64,000 nucleotides of DNA, taken from NCBI GenBank assembly GCA_043228905.1, contig JBHGNT010000009.1, positions 17,298,001 through 17,362,000 of the forward strand. Direction: 5' to 3'. Within the stretch, counting starts at the first letter, position 1, and the number at the start of each line of letters is the position of its first letter. Source of the stretch: Azolla caroliniana. Lineage: Eukaryota; Plantae; Polypodiophyta. The notes below the pieces were generated by a model, which saw only the letters and a program-made list of their open reading frames with translations, ran no database searches and was not told where the DNA came from. The position numbers were made by a program, and so were the translations under genes. Shown here piece by piece: positions 38,380-51,349 of this stretch.

Positions 38380-40510
38380 CTAGGATTTGAAGGAACTTAA
38401 AGCGAAGGTTTTTAAACCTTTCCACTATTTGAAGTGGCTCACTATTGTGCATAATGCATGGTTTATATTTTTTTGGTTCTTCATGAACATAATCTTTGTT
38501 TTAGAGCTATTGAAACTTAACTTAGTATGATGCAAAATTCTTCCAATGTCCTCGTAAACTTTTATGTATCTCCTAAATTATTTGCAAAAAGCGCCACATC
38601 ATTTGCATACAACAAAAGCACGATGATGACATTCCCAATGAAAACTTGGCAACCATTGTTCTAATTCCTTAATTCATAGATCAAATAAAGTTGTGAGAGT
38701 GGGCATCCTTGCTTAACACCTATAGTGCTACTAAAAAAATCTAAGAAAGATTTCATTGCCCATATGCACACAACATATAACCTTCTCGTAGATTTGGGAA
38801 ATTGCAAACATATACTCACTTGGCACCCCACGTTCTTCCATTCGCCTCCAAAGATGCTCACTATGTAGCATATCAAATATATTTCCTCGTAGACGAAATA
38901 GAGTTGTGCATCCTTGCTTAACACAAATAGTGCTATTGAAAAAAAGTTGAGATTTCATCGCACAGAACATGTAACTTTCTCGTAGATCCAAGAAATTGCA
39001 AGCATTTTTTCACCAGGTATCCCTAGTTCTTCTATTTGCCTCCAAAGATGCTCACGAAGTAGCCAATCAAATGGATTTCTTCATAGACCAAATAGAATTG
39101 TGAGAGTGAACATATGCGCTTAACACCAATCTTGTCATTGAAAAAAGGGAAAAGTACCAGGATACCCCTGGAAGTTCGTCTATTTATCGGAATGCCCCTG
39201 GAAGTTCCAAATTTACCAAACTACCCCTATGTCCAAAAAAGTACACTTTATAAAGTAATTATACACTCAAATCTACAAGCCCTATTTACCAAAGATGGAA
39301 GAAATGGACCTGAACTAGCCCTATTTACCAAAGATTTGAGTGTATAATTACTTTATAAAGTGTAATTTTCTGGACATAGGGGTAGTCTAGTAAATTTGGA
39401 ACTTCCAGGGGCATTCTGGTAAATAGACAAACTTCCAGGGGTATCCTGGTACTTTTCCCTTGAAAAAATCAGAGATTTCATTGCCCCTACACACACAACA
39501 TGCAACTTTCTCATAGTTTTGGGAAATTGCAACCATTTATTCGTGACTAGGTATCCCGAGTTCTTTCAATCGCCCCCAAAGATGCTCACTAGGTAGCATA
39601 TCAAATAGTTCTTCATAGACCAAATAGAGTTGTGAGAGTGGAATAGTGCAATCGAAAAAGTATGAGATTTCATCACCTACGCACACAACATGTAACCTTC
39701 TTATAAATTTAGGAAATTGTAAACATATATTCAATTGGCACCCTGAGTTCTTCCATTCACCTCCAAAGATACTCACAAGGTAGCATATCAAATACGTTTT
39801 TGAAGTTCATCATGCAACAATATGAAACCTCACCTCTCAAGCGACTTTCTTCCATTAATTGTTGAAGGGTGACAAGGTGATCAATGATGTTATGGTGTTT
39901 TTAAAAGCCAACTTGTTCATTAACTCTTTTACCATTTATTTGGCCTATGCACTTACCTCTAATTCCATTATACACCCAAATAGTTTTGCCATTAGTGAGC
40001 TAACCTCATGATGGTTCAATAATTGTTTACATTATTGAACTCTCCATCTTTATGTAAGTGTTTGATCCAATTTGTAGTCCATTAGAAGGGCATGTCATGT
40101 TGCAATGCATGATTAAACATATCACTTATCCATGCATGTGCTTCCTTTCTAGTCCATTTGCGCATTTCTACCTAAGTTTATATGTTGAAGATCTCTTGCC
40201 TTAAGAGAACCCAATTTCTTAAGCCCTATGCATACATCTTCAATTGTAAAAGAAGGGAGACATATGTGAAAGATAACATCACCATATAAATTTTTCCAAT
40301 GCATATACATGTCCTTAAGAATTAAGTCACTATAACTCTCAACACCTTTTCCCTTTAGAATCTCCCAAAATTTAGCACATGAACTTAGAGAGAGAGTAGA
40401 TTGTACATAGTACACAATGACAATAGTACTCACCCTTATGTATAAGATATTACAATTAATATTCCACAAACCTAACTCAACCACTTGATCGACTACATCT
40501 TTCATCATAC
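38380..40510 (-). mobile_element. Degenerate non-LTR retrotransposon RT fragment with an internal ~190-bp segment amplified ~4x
   Basis: Motifs QVGF..HNIIDHL, F.NVFDM, GVKQGCPLS and LLYANDVAL. 'tagc..atcaaat' anchors at ~38867, 39060, 39593 and 39781. Confidence 0.75.
39147..39459. mobile_element. Mutator-like foldback MITE (313 bp)
   Basis: Long inverted arms GGGAAAAGTACCAGGATACCCCTGGAAG.../...CTTCCAGGGGTATCCTGGTACTTTTCCC. Perfect 9-bp TSD TTGAAAAAA. Confidence 0.92.
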
Positions 40511-40640
40511 ATTTAGGTTGGAATTCACACTAGTTTTTTAACTTAATGTCCTATATACAAAACATTGACTTGCAACCGCACTCAATTACCATGTTCTTGT
40601 TATTTCCTTAGGAGAACCCAAAGTGTCGTGTCCTTGTAAG

Positions 40641-41476
40641 TTTTTTTTTTTTCCCCAAAAATCTCCTTCCATTAGTTATAAAATTTTACAAATGAGACGA
40701 TTATGTACAAATCCCTGAAGGGACGCGATAGTTCCATCTTATGTGGATGCCCACTGACTCAAGAAAGGGAGAGGACGACCATTGTTGGATGAAGGTTATT
40801 CGTTGTCTTTCAACTCCCTTGGAGCCGCCCTTGAGGCCATCATATTGGCTCTTCAGAGTGGCTACAATTTCACTCCATATCTCTTGCAGTAACCTTGTTG
40901 GATGTGCGGTTTGGTTGGAGAAGACTCGCCTACATCGTTGTTTCCATAGAATCCAAAGAGTTATTGGGCTGACCAATTCCAACACCTCTTGAGATTTGTC
41001 ATTAAGAGGAGTGGAGTGGACATTGCCGCTGGAGGAGAAAAAGACCTCTTGTGCTTTTATCACCAAAGTCATCCCCTCCTCCTAATGCTCGTATCTGCCG
41101 ATTGCGGCCTGCCATGATAGCCAACATATATTTCCCCACTTGATTGAGCCTTGCACTTGGCATAATTGCAACAAGTGGCCAACCCCTCGCCATATTCGAT
41201 GGGACGTTGGGCAGTCCCACAGAGTGTGTCATATTGATTCTATTGCATGTGGGCACTCTACACAATTAGGAGAGCTAAGGTTCCCACATTGCCATGCTCC
41301 CACCGGTAGGGACTTATGTATTAATAGCCATTGGAACGTGGTAATTCGCCTTGCGTGTTGTTGTTTCCAGATTGTTTGCCAAAACTTGGTGATTATTGTG
41401 GGAGGAACTTGAAATGTGTGCCAGACCTTTGCAGTAGCCGGCTCTTGGGCGGTTTGAGCAACTAGAATGTGGCGCA
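40641..41476 (-). mobile_element. 5'-truncated L1-type LINE (C-terminal zf-RVT region and polyA)
   Basis: PolyT at 40641-40652 on the plus strand. TSD TGTCCTTGTAAG(TTT) at 40629-40640 and 41477-41491. FQWLLIHKSLP..C..C..IE and LWILWKQRCRRVF motifs. Confidence 0.9.
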
Positions 41477-42425
41477 TGTCCTTGTAAGTTTACTAAAATG
41501 CCATAAATAATATGAAAATGCATTTCTTGATTAGCTTCCTTACCTTATAGCTCATTGCAACCCCAACAATACATGGTTGTAAATGTATGTCAAATGAGAC
41601 ATGAAGTCGGCAACAAACATCTTATTTGTTTTTAGAATCATGTTTAGCTTTAACCCTTGCTCTATCTTGCACACATACTTGAATTATAATATGTGACTAA
41701 TCCAACAACCAATAATGTTATTGCTTCCACCGACTCACATGAACATAATAAGCAAATGAGATGTAAAGGTGATGGTATTATAGGTTGTATACTTTGACTT
41801 CATTTACTGAGTACGTATTTGCAAGAGGTAAGTACATCACAGAGAATCACGTTGTGCACTCAATGCAATTATATTTATTATAATTTATGGTTTCTCTTTG
41901 TGCCCAAAAATACTTAATTAAAGGACATGCTTCCATGCAAGGAGTTTCTTTGTTCCTAAAAGCATGATTTGTTGGGGTTATTATGGATGTTCAATGTCGA
42001 TCAAAGATGTTGCAAATCAACTTTTTTAGACAGACATGTTATTTGGAAGGATCTATGTCTAACTCAACATAATGTGTTCTAAATGCAATTATTAATATAA
42101 CCATTGTTGCTAGAACATCATTGTCCTATCAAGATATCAACGTTCCACATATGAATAAAAATTGGATCACATATATGTATGTAATAATCACATCGAGAAA
42201 AGAGAGGAGTTGAATTTTGTCAATTACGTGAAATAACTTTCATGTCGAGTGGGTGTTGAGATTGAGGAAAGATAACACAAATCCTAATTGCATCTAAGAA
42301 CCCCTATAGATTAATTTATTTGTCATAAAACAAATAAGTGCAATGTAAATTTAGCACTATGAATTCATCTCCATAAGAACAGGATAAGTAAGTGATAAAT
42401 TGTATACATGTTGATAAATCACAGT

Positions 42426-42678
42426 CACCGTGACATTTGATACATGGGCTTATGACCCTTTTTTTGAAAGACTTCATTTATAGTGCCAAAAAGGGGGGAT
42501 AAAATCCATCGATTTGCTCTTTGGCGGAAGGAAACATCAAATTATTATACAATCGTAGATGTGCATCAAAGTTTATTTTTATTTCTTTTGTCGATGCACG
42601 AACATCGAATTGACCTAAAATGTGGATGCTTCGTAATGCACAAATTATGATGAGGTCATGACTTGGGTTGTCGCAATG
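42426..42678. mobile_element. Small CACTA/CMC-like non-autonomous element
   Basis: Imperfect TIRs CACCGTGACA / TGTCGCAATG with a 3-bp TSD AGT (42423-25, 42679-81). Confidence 0.55.
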
Positions 42679-45600
42679 AGTATTAAGATAGTACAATGAG
42701 ATATTATTTTTCACATGTTACAATCAACTATGTGTGATAATAACGTATAGTCAAACAAAGTCCATATCAAGATATCATTGTCTCATGTAATGGTGTGACT
42801 AGCATCAGGAATAACATTCACCATTATAAGTAAACCTTAGAATGTTAAGACTTGCAAAATAGTGTGAAAGCATTATCATAACCTAACATGATGTATGTGT
42901 TCTATTATTAAAATAGTAAGTACTAATGTGAAGATGCCGCAATACAATGAACTTCAACATCACTTTCCATCTTACTTGTTCTCCTATCTCTTCAGTTTAC
43001 TTGACTAGTTGTAAACCCTATGATACAGAAAGGAAAGTCTAAAATATCTTGTTCGATAAATTATCCAACAACTTTATGGCATTACTCTTCAAAACAACAA
43101 AGCATGTGGCAATGCTTATTCAAATGTTCCAAAAAACAAAAAGCTTGCTTAAAAAATAGTCATAATTTGTGGAGGTGTGTATGGAGATGATTTATCATAT
43201 TTAACTATCACACAATGCATGAAACCATCGAAGTGCAAACTGCAAAATGAGAGTGACGGAGAATGTGGATCCACGTTTCCTATAAACAATCAATATCTTG
43301 TGACAATGTTCAATATCAAATTATCATGTCACCCTAATTACTTTTGCAACAGTATTGTTTCAGATCAACTCGTTCCTATTTTCCGTATTTTCTCAAAGGT
43401 TATATTTATATGTACCTACATTAACTTTTGCATTAAAGAGCGCTCTTGCATCATTTTCAATTTGTACATGACTATACATCTCAAGAAGTCATTATCATAA
43501 AGAAGAAATGAGTATGCCCTGTTTTTAGAATCCCCTTTTTGTCTTGCCATTAACTTGCAATGCTTACTTTATGGTCTTTATAATATTGATACATATTGCA
43601 AACATCTATCTCTATAAAAAAGAGTGGACGATCGTAAAAGTATGGAAAGAAGCCATTGATCTTATTTTATTGTGATAGTCTTTAGAGTTCCATTAGCTTA
43701 AGTATTTTCGAATTTTAAATGAACTTCATAAACATTGCATTGTCGAAATTGATTGTTTGCAATGTTATACAAGAACTATTGATGTGTCTTATACACATAT
43801 ATTTGTTCTATTCATGAATAGTCATCTTTTACACAATTGGAATGCTCATGCAATTTATAGCGTACGGTTGAAAAACATTGTTCTCAACATTGTGCAAGAA
43901 TTATTGATGTGTCTTATACATGTACCTTTGTTTTAGTCATGAATAATGATGTTCTACATCATTGGAATGCCCATGTAATTTAAGTTAAGATGAGACGAAC
44001 TATGGAATCTTATCTAAGTTTATGTGTGTAAGAAAAATGAAGTATAGATGTGAAAAATCAAAAGAACCAAAATAATCCTAAGTCTATTGAAGTGCATAAC
44101 CCATGTTCATAACTAGTGCTACTACTTAATGATTATGTGTCCATAGTGCTAGTCGATAACATATGATATGATACAAATTGAACTATTGATATGTTTTCAC
44201 CACTTTTTCCTCAATGAAACCCAACCATGTAGATGTTCATATATTGATTTTATATATGACTAATGGTTTTATAAACATGATTCAATTGTTCCCACGCATT
44301 CTAAAACTTATATTAAATGATAAATGACTCAAACTTCTATAGCCATATGGGGTACAATGTGTCCTAAATAAACCTACAAAAGTGCATCAATGTACTAAAT
44401 AAATTCATTTCTTTAGTGTCAGGAAATAACATAGTGCGCAATGCAAAGTCTTGTGGATAATGTCATTGGATTTCTTTCTAATCATAACTTTTATTACAAG
44501 TGGGAGTTTTATCATGCTACTAGGGTGAAACCTTGCAAAAGAATGTTAACATGCATAAAATGAGAAAATTGAAAAGCTAGTGTTTAAAGGAACTCAAAGA
44601 GCATCTTAAAGTTGTCCAATGGAAGGTAATATGTAGCAAGGGAACAATCATGTAGAGTTTGCATGACTTTGTTAAAGAATATGGTCTCATTAAGATTGGT
44701 TTTGATTAGAGGAAGCACTATGTTATTATTTCGCACCAATCACTCCAACACCCAATAGACAATGCCATGAAAATACTATCTTCTTAGTTTATTAACATTT
44801 TATCTTCTATAACAAACAAATTGTTGATAAATAAAAATTGTTTCTCTTTTGGAACAAACAAGCCATTGATAAGAATGCAATTACATATTGCAAAAATAGA
44901 GGCTTATAACATGTGGTTACGGCTATGTACACATAAAATATTTAGGAAGACATACAAATCTATAACCATAGTACTAACACTTTATCCCCTAGTTATGTTG
45001 ATTGTTATAAATCTCATTTTAAGCCGGAGATAAGGTATCCATAAAAGGATGGTATCAGTGTACAAACTATTTTGTAAAAGTTGACAAGGACAAAACCTGT
45101 ATAAATATCTTGAACATGTGTCTTCTTTCAAAATTTGACAATTCAAATGGAAGAATGTAATTTTACTATGGCCTACCTTAAATATAAAATCTTCATAAAG
45201 CTATGATCCACAAGTTGGTGTAGTGGAAGAAATGTTACATGTGTCTACCACCAACTCTCTCTTCTTTTTTCGTAAAATGTAATTATATTAATTACAGTGT
45301 CGTACAAAAGTCACAAACCAACCGTTTGTCTAAAAGAGAAGCCAAAGAGATCGTTGCATGAGAAGGAGCCAAATCATCATTGGTAATAAAACCTGCATAT
45401 TCCATGGTGTTGAAGGCCTAATAAAGGAGACCTCTAAAGTGGCTGATATGACTATGTACTCCATAATGAGAATAGAATAAGAATGCAAATTGCACAATCA
45501 ATTATGCTAACCTCCCCCAAAAATGTAGGAAGTGCAAGATAACCATCACATGTTACACAAAGCCTACTATAGTATATGGGTTTGCCAAAAACCCGACCAC

Positions 45601-45782
45601 ATGGATGCATGATGCCACACCCTAGATAGTAGAGACCGTATGCAACGTGCCATTTGGCAAGATAAAAGCCAATGGAAAACATATCTTGTATTGTAGTACC
45701 AAAGAAGTAGAAGGCAATAACAAGAATAAACTCATCCACCAAGTTATGCTAGATAAATACTTTGAATTTGAAAGGATGTTAT

Positions 45783-48700
45783 TGTTAGGAAACAGGTCCC
45801 TCCGGATGGGAAGGGAGAAGAACAGTGCAGACCCGGTGAGAACCGGATGAGGAGTACCCGGCTTCGGAGAGCCGGATGGTGCAGACCCGGTGAGAACCGG
45901 ATGAGGAGTACCCGGCTACGGAGAGCCGGATGGTGCAGACCCGGTGAGGAGTGCTCACCGGATGAAGAGACATATTCGTAAATATGTTTCTGAGAGTCCA
46001 TCGAGGCTATATTTGTAAATAGCCGAAAAGTCATATTAGTATAAATATGACCTAGGGCAAACTTATTGGTGTGATGTAGAGTTGTTGTCATTCTTGTTGG
46101 TGTAAGGAGAGAGAGAGCGCGTAACTGTGTACAGAGAGAGAAAGAGGTCGTTGCCTCTGTTGTAACCGCCGCCTGTGGCGAAGATCGTGAACACGAGGTC
46201 GTTGCCTTCGTGAACTCACTGTTGTACATTCTAACATAGTGATAGTTTGTAGCTTGTGGGCTGCCGTGGTTTTTCCCTTAGTTTGGGTTTTCCACGTAAA
46301 CATCCTGTGTACTCTTCTCTTCTTCGTGTCGTACATTCTTTCACCGTTTTTTCTGTGTATGATTCTAAGCTCGATTGTGGCCGAGCGTTGCGCGAAGGGA
46401 GCGTGAGTTCCTGTCAAGTGGTATCAGAGCGAAACGACACAGAAAATGGACGACTCGTTGGGAGGCATGTTCAAGCTCACCATCTCCAACTATTCGGTGT
46501 GGAAGTCGAAGATGAGGGACATGCTCGTGGTTAAAGATCTTTGGTTGCCGGTTCAGTTTGGGGACAAGAGATCGGACAAAATCGATGCCACGATATGGGA
46601 GGTGATGCACATGAAGACAACGGCTTACATACGGTGCTTCATCGACATGAGTCTATACAACAACTTCAATGAAGAGAGCAAGGCTCATGAGCTCTAGGAG
46701 AAGATCGACATTATGTTTCAGAACAAAAATGTTGTTAATCAGGTTTCGGTATTCCGGAAGCTAGTAAGACTCCGGTACCAAGATGGCTCCAGCATGGCGG
46801 AGCACATGAATGCCTTCCAAGGGCTGATCCACCAGACAACATCATTGGAAGTACCTCTCGCCGATGAGGTACTAGCGCTACTCCAGCTCGGTTCCCTCCC
46901 GGATAGCTAGGAGACGTTGGTTGTCACTTTGGGCAACGCCGAGCCGGAAGGGAAACGGTTATCCCTAGCAAGAGTGAAGTCAAGCTTGCTAGATGAGGAG
47001 GCGCGTTAGAAAGATAAGGATACGAGCTCCGACTCCAAAGCGCTCCTTACCGAATCAGAACGCGGAAGACAAAGGAACCGTAGCCCCCAGAACTGGGAAA
47101 AGTCGGGGACACGGTCAAAGTCAAGGGGGAGGCCTACTTGCTTCTATTGCGGCAAGCCGGGACACTTCCAGAAGAACTGTCGGCATTTCCGTAAAGACAA
47201 GGAAACCGACGGCACCGATTCGAAGCGGACACCAGACCGGAACGGTAAAGACCGTAGGGGACCGGACCGGAAGGGAACGACGTCAATCGCGGCAAGTGAA
47301 GAAGAGTTGATGCTCATCACCGAGGAGAGTGAGATAAACCTTGCCGGTGACGAGATGACCTGGGTGGTCGAATCCGGAGCGTTGTTCCATCTTACCCCGG
47401 ACCGGAAATGCTTCTCATCCTACTCAGCCGGTGATCATGGCTGTGTCCGGATGGGGAATGAAGGTACATGCCGAATTGTCGGCATAGGAGACGTGTGGCT
47501 GACAACACCAACCGGATGCAAGATGCTGCTGAAGGATGTTCGACACGTTCCGGAGGTTCGTCTGAACCTGATATCAGCCGGTCGGCTAGATGATGAAGGC
47601 TACACGGGTAGCATCCGGAACGGTGTTATGAAGTTCAGCAAGGGGAGCTTGATTGTGGCTCGGGCCCGGAAGGTCAACACACTGTACCTGATGAATGCCC
47701 GGTTATGTCCGGAGGAAGTGAACGTGGCATCCGACACTACCGGTGAGCTGTGGCACAAGAGGTTGTGTCACATGAGCGAGAAGGGGATGAAGAGGCTTGC
47801 AGAAGACAACCTCATTCCAGTGAAGAACGTGCACTTGGAGAAGTGCACTGATTGTCTGGCTGGTAAGCAAAACCGGACCTCCTTCCGACCAAGGCCACCG
47901 ATGAGACGTAATGCACCACTGGAGTTGGTGCATACTGATGTGTGTCAAGTGGACACGAAGTCACATGCAGGATCATAGTACTTCGTGACGTTCATAGATG
48001 ACCACAGCCGGAAGCTGTGGGCCACACCGTTGAAGACGAAGGATCAGGTGTTATCCGTCTTCAAAGAGCTCCACGCGAGAGTGGAAAGAGAAACCGGCCG
48101 GAAGTTGAAGGCGGTTCGAGCAGATAACGGAGGTGAATACCGGGGGCAGTTCGAGGAGTACTGTCGCTCGAAGGGAATCCGGCTCGAATTTACCGTGCCG
48201 AAGACGCCGAAACTAAACGGGCTAGCCGAGAGGATGAACCGGACCATAATGGAGAGGGTCCGGAGTATGCTAGCGCATGCAAAACTACCCAAGAAGTTTT
48301 GGGTTGAGGCACTGTCGACGGCGACATATGTGATAAACAGATCACCCTCAGTACCCTTGGACGGAGACACGCCACAGAGAGTATGGACCGGTAAGGAAGT
48401 GTCCTACTGGCATCTGAAGGTATTCGGGTGTCTCGCGTACGTGCATGTAGCTAAGGACCGGAGAGGAAAGTTAGATCCAAAGACCCGACCATGCATATTC
48501 CTCGGTTACGGCGACGATAAGTTCAGCTACCGAGTGTGGGACCTGGTCGACAAGAAGGTATTCCGGAGTCGAGATATTATCTTCATGGAGGACAAGACGC
48601 TCGCCGACTGGGAGTCGGAGAAGAAGATAATGAACTCCGAGTCGACCGGTAAGGATCGATTCTACGATGAACATACCAAACCAACAAGAGTCCGGTTAGC

Positions 48701-51190
48701 ACTCGAGGAACCAGCCGGTTACAGTGAGGATACAGGACCGGCAGAAGAAGAAGTAGAGGAAGCCGAAACCGGAACCGACCAAGACCCCGAATGGGATTCG
48801 GATGAAGAGCAAATGGGGGAGCTGGTTACCGAAGCCCAAAGACGGAGATATCCTCTCAGAGAGAGAAGGGCCCCCCGGAGATTTCCAGATGCAGAGCATG
48901 TGCTGTTAACTGATGAGGGGGAGCCAGAAAGCTTTGAAGAAGCGAAGGATGACACCCACAGCCGAAAATGGCTAAGTGCCATGCAGGACGAGTTGGATTC
49001 CCTGCATGAGAACCATACGTACGAATTGGTGGAGTTGCCGAAAGGAAAGCGGGCACTCCGAAATAAGTGGGTCTACAAGTTGAAACTGGGAGATGCTGGC
49101 AACCCCCCGAGATACAAAGCCAGGATCGTGGTGAAAGGGTTCCAACAGAAGAAGGGCGTGGACTTCGACGAGATATTTGCCCCGGTAGTAAAGATGACCT
49201 CCATCCGGACGGTGCTGAGTATAGTGGCAAGCATGGACCTCAAGGTAGAGCAGCTGGACGTGAAGACAACATTCCTTCACGGCGACCTCGAAGAGGAGAT
49301 CTACATGCAGCAACTGGAAGGATTCATGGAGAAAGGGAAGGAGCACCTGGTATGCCGGTTGAAGAAGAGCCTGTACGGACTGAAGCAGGCTCCCCGGCAA
49401 TGGTACCGGAAGTTTGACTCCTTCATGACCGATCAAGGGTACCACAAGACGCAGGCCGATCACTGCGTGTTTGTGAAGAAGTTCGAAGGAGGCGACTTCC
49501 TGATACTCCTTCTGTACGTGGATGACATGTTGATTGTCGGACGGGACCAAGCCAAAATACGGATGCTGAAGAAGGCTCTCAACCGGACCTTCTCAATGAA
49601 AGACTTGGGTCCGGCAAGACAGATGTTGGGGATGCATATTATCCGGAACCAGTCAACGAAGCAATTGTGGCTGTCACAGGAGAAGTACGTGACAAAGGTG
49701 CTTCACCGGTTCAACATGTCAGATGCGAAACCGGTCGGATCGACACTCCCGACAAACTGCAGGTTATCCGGTAAGCAAAGTTCGAAGACGAAAGCAGAGA
49801 AGGCTGATATGACGAAGGTTCCATATGCCTCTGCCGTCGGGAGCTTAATGTACGCAATGGTGTGTATCCGACCGGATATAGGATATGCAGTCGGAGTGGT
49901 GAGCCGGTTCATGAGCAATCCCGGCAAGGAGCACTGGAATGCGGTCAAATGGATACTCCGGTACTTGAAGGGCACTTCGAATATGTGTCTCCGATTCGGC
50001 TCCGGAAAACCTCAACTTGACGGTTTTACCGATTCAGACATGTCGGCTGATGTGGATACCAGCCGGTCTACATCCGGGTATGTAATGACATATGCAGGGG
50101 GAGCTGTTTCGTGGCAGTCGAGGCTGCAGAAGACGGTTGCGTTGTCAACCACGGAGGCGGAGTACATGGCGGCTGTGGAAGCCGGCAAGGAAATATTATG
50201 GATGAAGGACTTCATCGGAGAGCTCGGTATCCGGCAAGATGAATACCGGCTCTATTGCGACAATCAAAGTGCCATCCACCTTGCTAAGAATGCGGCCTAC
50301 CATTCCCGGACGAAGCATATTCAGCGAAGGTATCACTGGATCCGGGAAAGAGTAGATGACCAGGAGTTCGCGCTAATGAAGATCCACACGGCCGAGAACG
50401 GGTCAGATATGCTGACCAAAGTACTAATACTCGACAAGCTGGATGCATGCCGGAAGCGAGTCGGACTAGCAAGACATCCCATGCCGAAGTGAAGGGGGAG
50501 TTTGTTAGGAAACAGGTCCCTCCGGATGGGAAGGGAGAAGAACAGTGCAGACCCGGTAAGAACCGGATGAGGAGTACCCGGCTTCGGAGAGCTGGATGGT
50601 GGAGACCCGGTGAGAACCGGATGAGGAGTACCCGGCTTCGGAGAGCCGGATGGTGCAAACCTGGTGAGAACCGGATGAGGAGTACCCGGCTACGGAGAGC
50701 CGGATGGTGCAGACCCGGTGAGGAGTGCTCACCGGATGAAGAGACATATTCGTAAATATGTTTCTGAGAGTGCATCGAGGCTATATTTGTAAATAGCCGA
50801 AAAGTCATATTAGTATAAATATGACCTAGGGCAAACTTATTGGTGTGATGTAGAGTTGTTGTCATTCTTGTTGGTGTAAGGAGAGAGAGAGCGCATAACT
50901 GTGTACAGAGAGAGAAAGAGGTCGTTGCCTCTGTTGTAACCGCCGCCTGTGGCGAAGATCGTGAGCACGAGGTCGTTGCCTTCGTGAACTCACTGTTGTA
51001 CATTCTAACATAGTGATAGTTTGCAGCCTGTGGGTTGCCGTGGTTTTTCCCTTAGTTTGGGTTTTCCACGTAAACATCCTGTGTACTCTTCTCTTCTTCG
51101 TGTCGTGCATTCTTTCACCGTTTTTTCTGTGTATGATTCTAAGCTCGATTGTGGCCGAGCGTTGCGCGAAGGGAGCGTGAGTTCCTGTCA
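45783..51190 (+). mobile_element. Full-length Ty1/copia LTR retrotransposon (Tnt1-like): 5' LTR 45783-46416, PBS 46419-46430, PPT 50491-50500, 3' LTR 50503-51190
   Basis: Near-identical TG...CA LTRs, 5-bp TSD GTTAT (45778-82, 51191-95), PBS TGGTATCAGAGC and PPT GAAGGGGGAG. Confidence 0.98.
46446..50492 (+). pseudogene. Copia gag-pol polyprotein in a single frame with four in-frame TAG stops (46695, 46908, 47007, 47976)
   Basis: gag, CCHC knuckle (CFYCGKPGHFQKNC), protease WVVESGA (catalytic D>E), integrase, RT LYVDDML and RNaseH all share one frame. Confidence 0.95.
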
Positions 51191-51349
51191 GTTATTAAGG
51201 CCACCCACCAATTTGAAGGAAGTACCTTGATGTCAATTATTTTAAAAAAGTTGGGCAACAGTCGAACCTTCCACATTGATAACGATATACTCAACCCTTT
51301 TGGAAATGTTTGTGTTCCAAATTTGTTTGAGGTAAAAAACATGAGTTTG

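Noticed and set aside
47976-47978. Possible programmed read-through stop in copia gag-pol
   Set aside because: It lies inside the integrase core, and three other TAGs exist, so mutational decay explains it better.
50284-51003. Antisense ORFs across the copia LTRs (also 45744-46229)
   Set aside because: They are kept open by the 54-bp in-frame repeat and GC content, and are not conserved in the related LTR at 3754.
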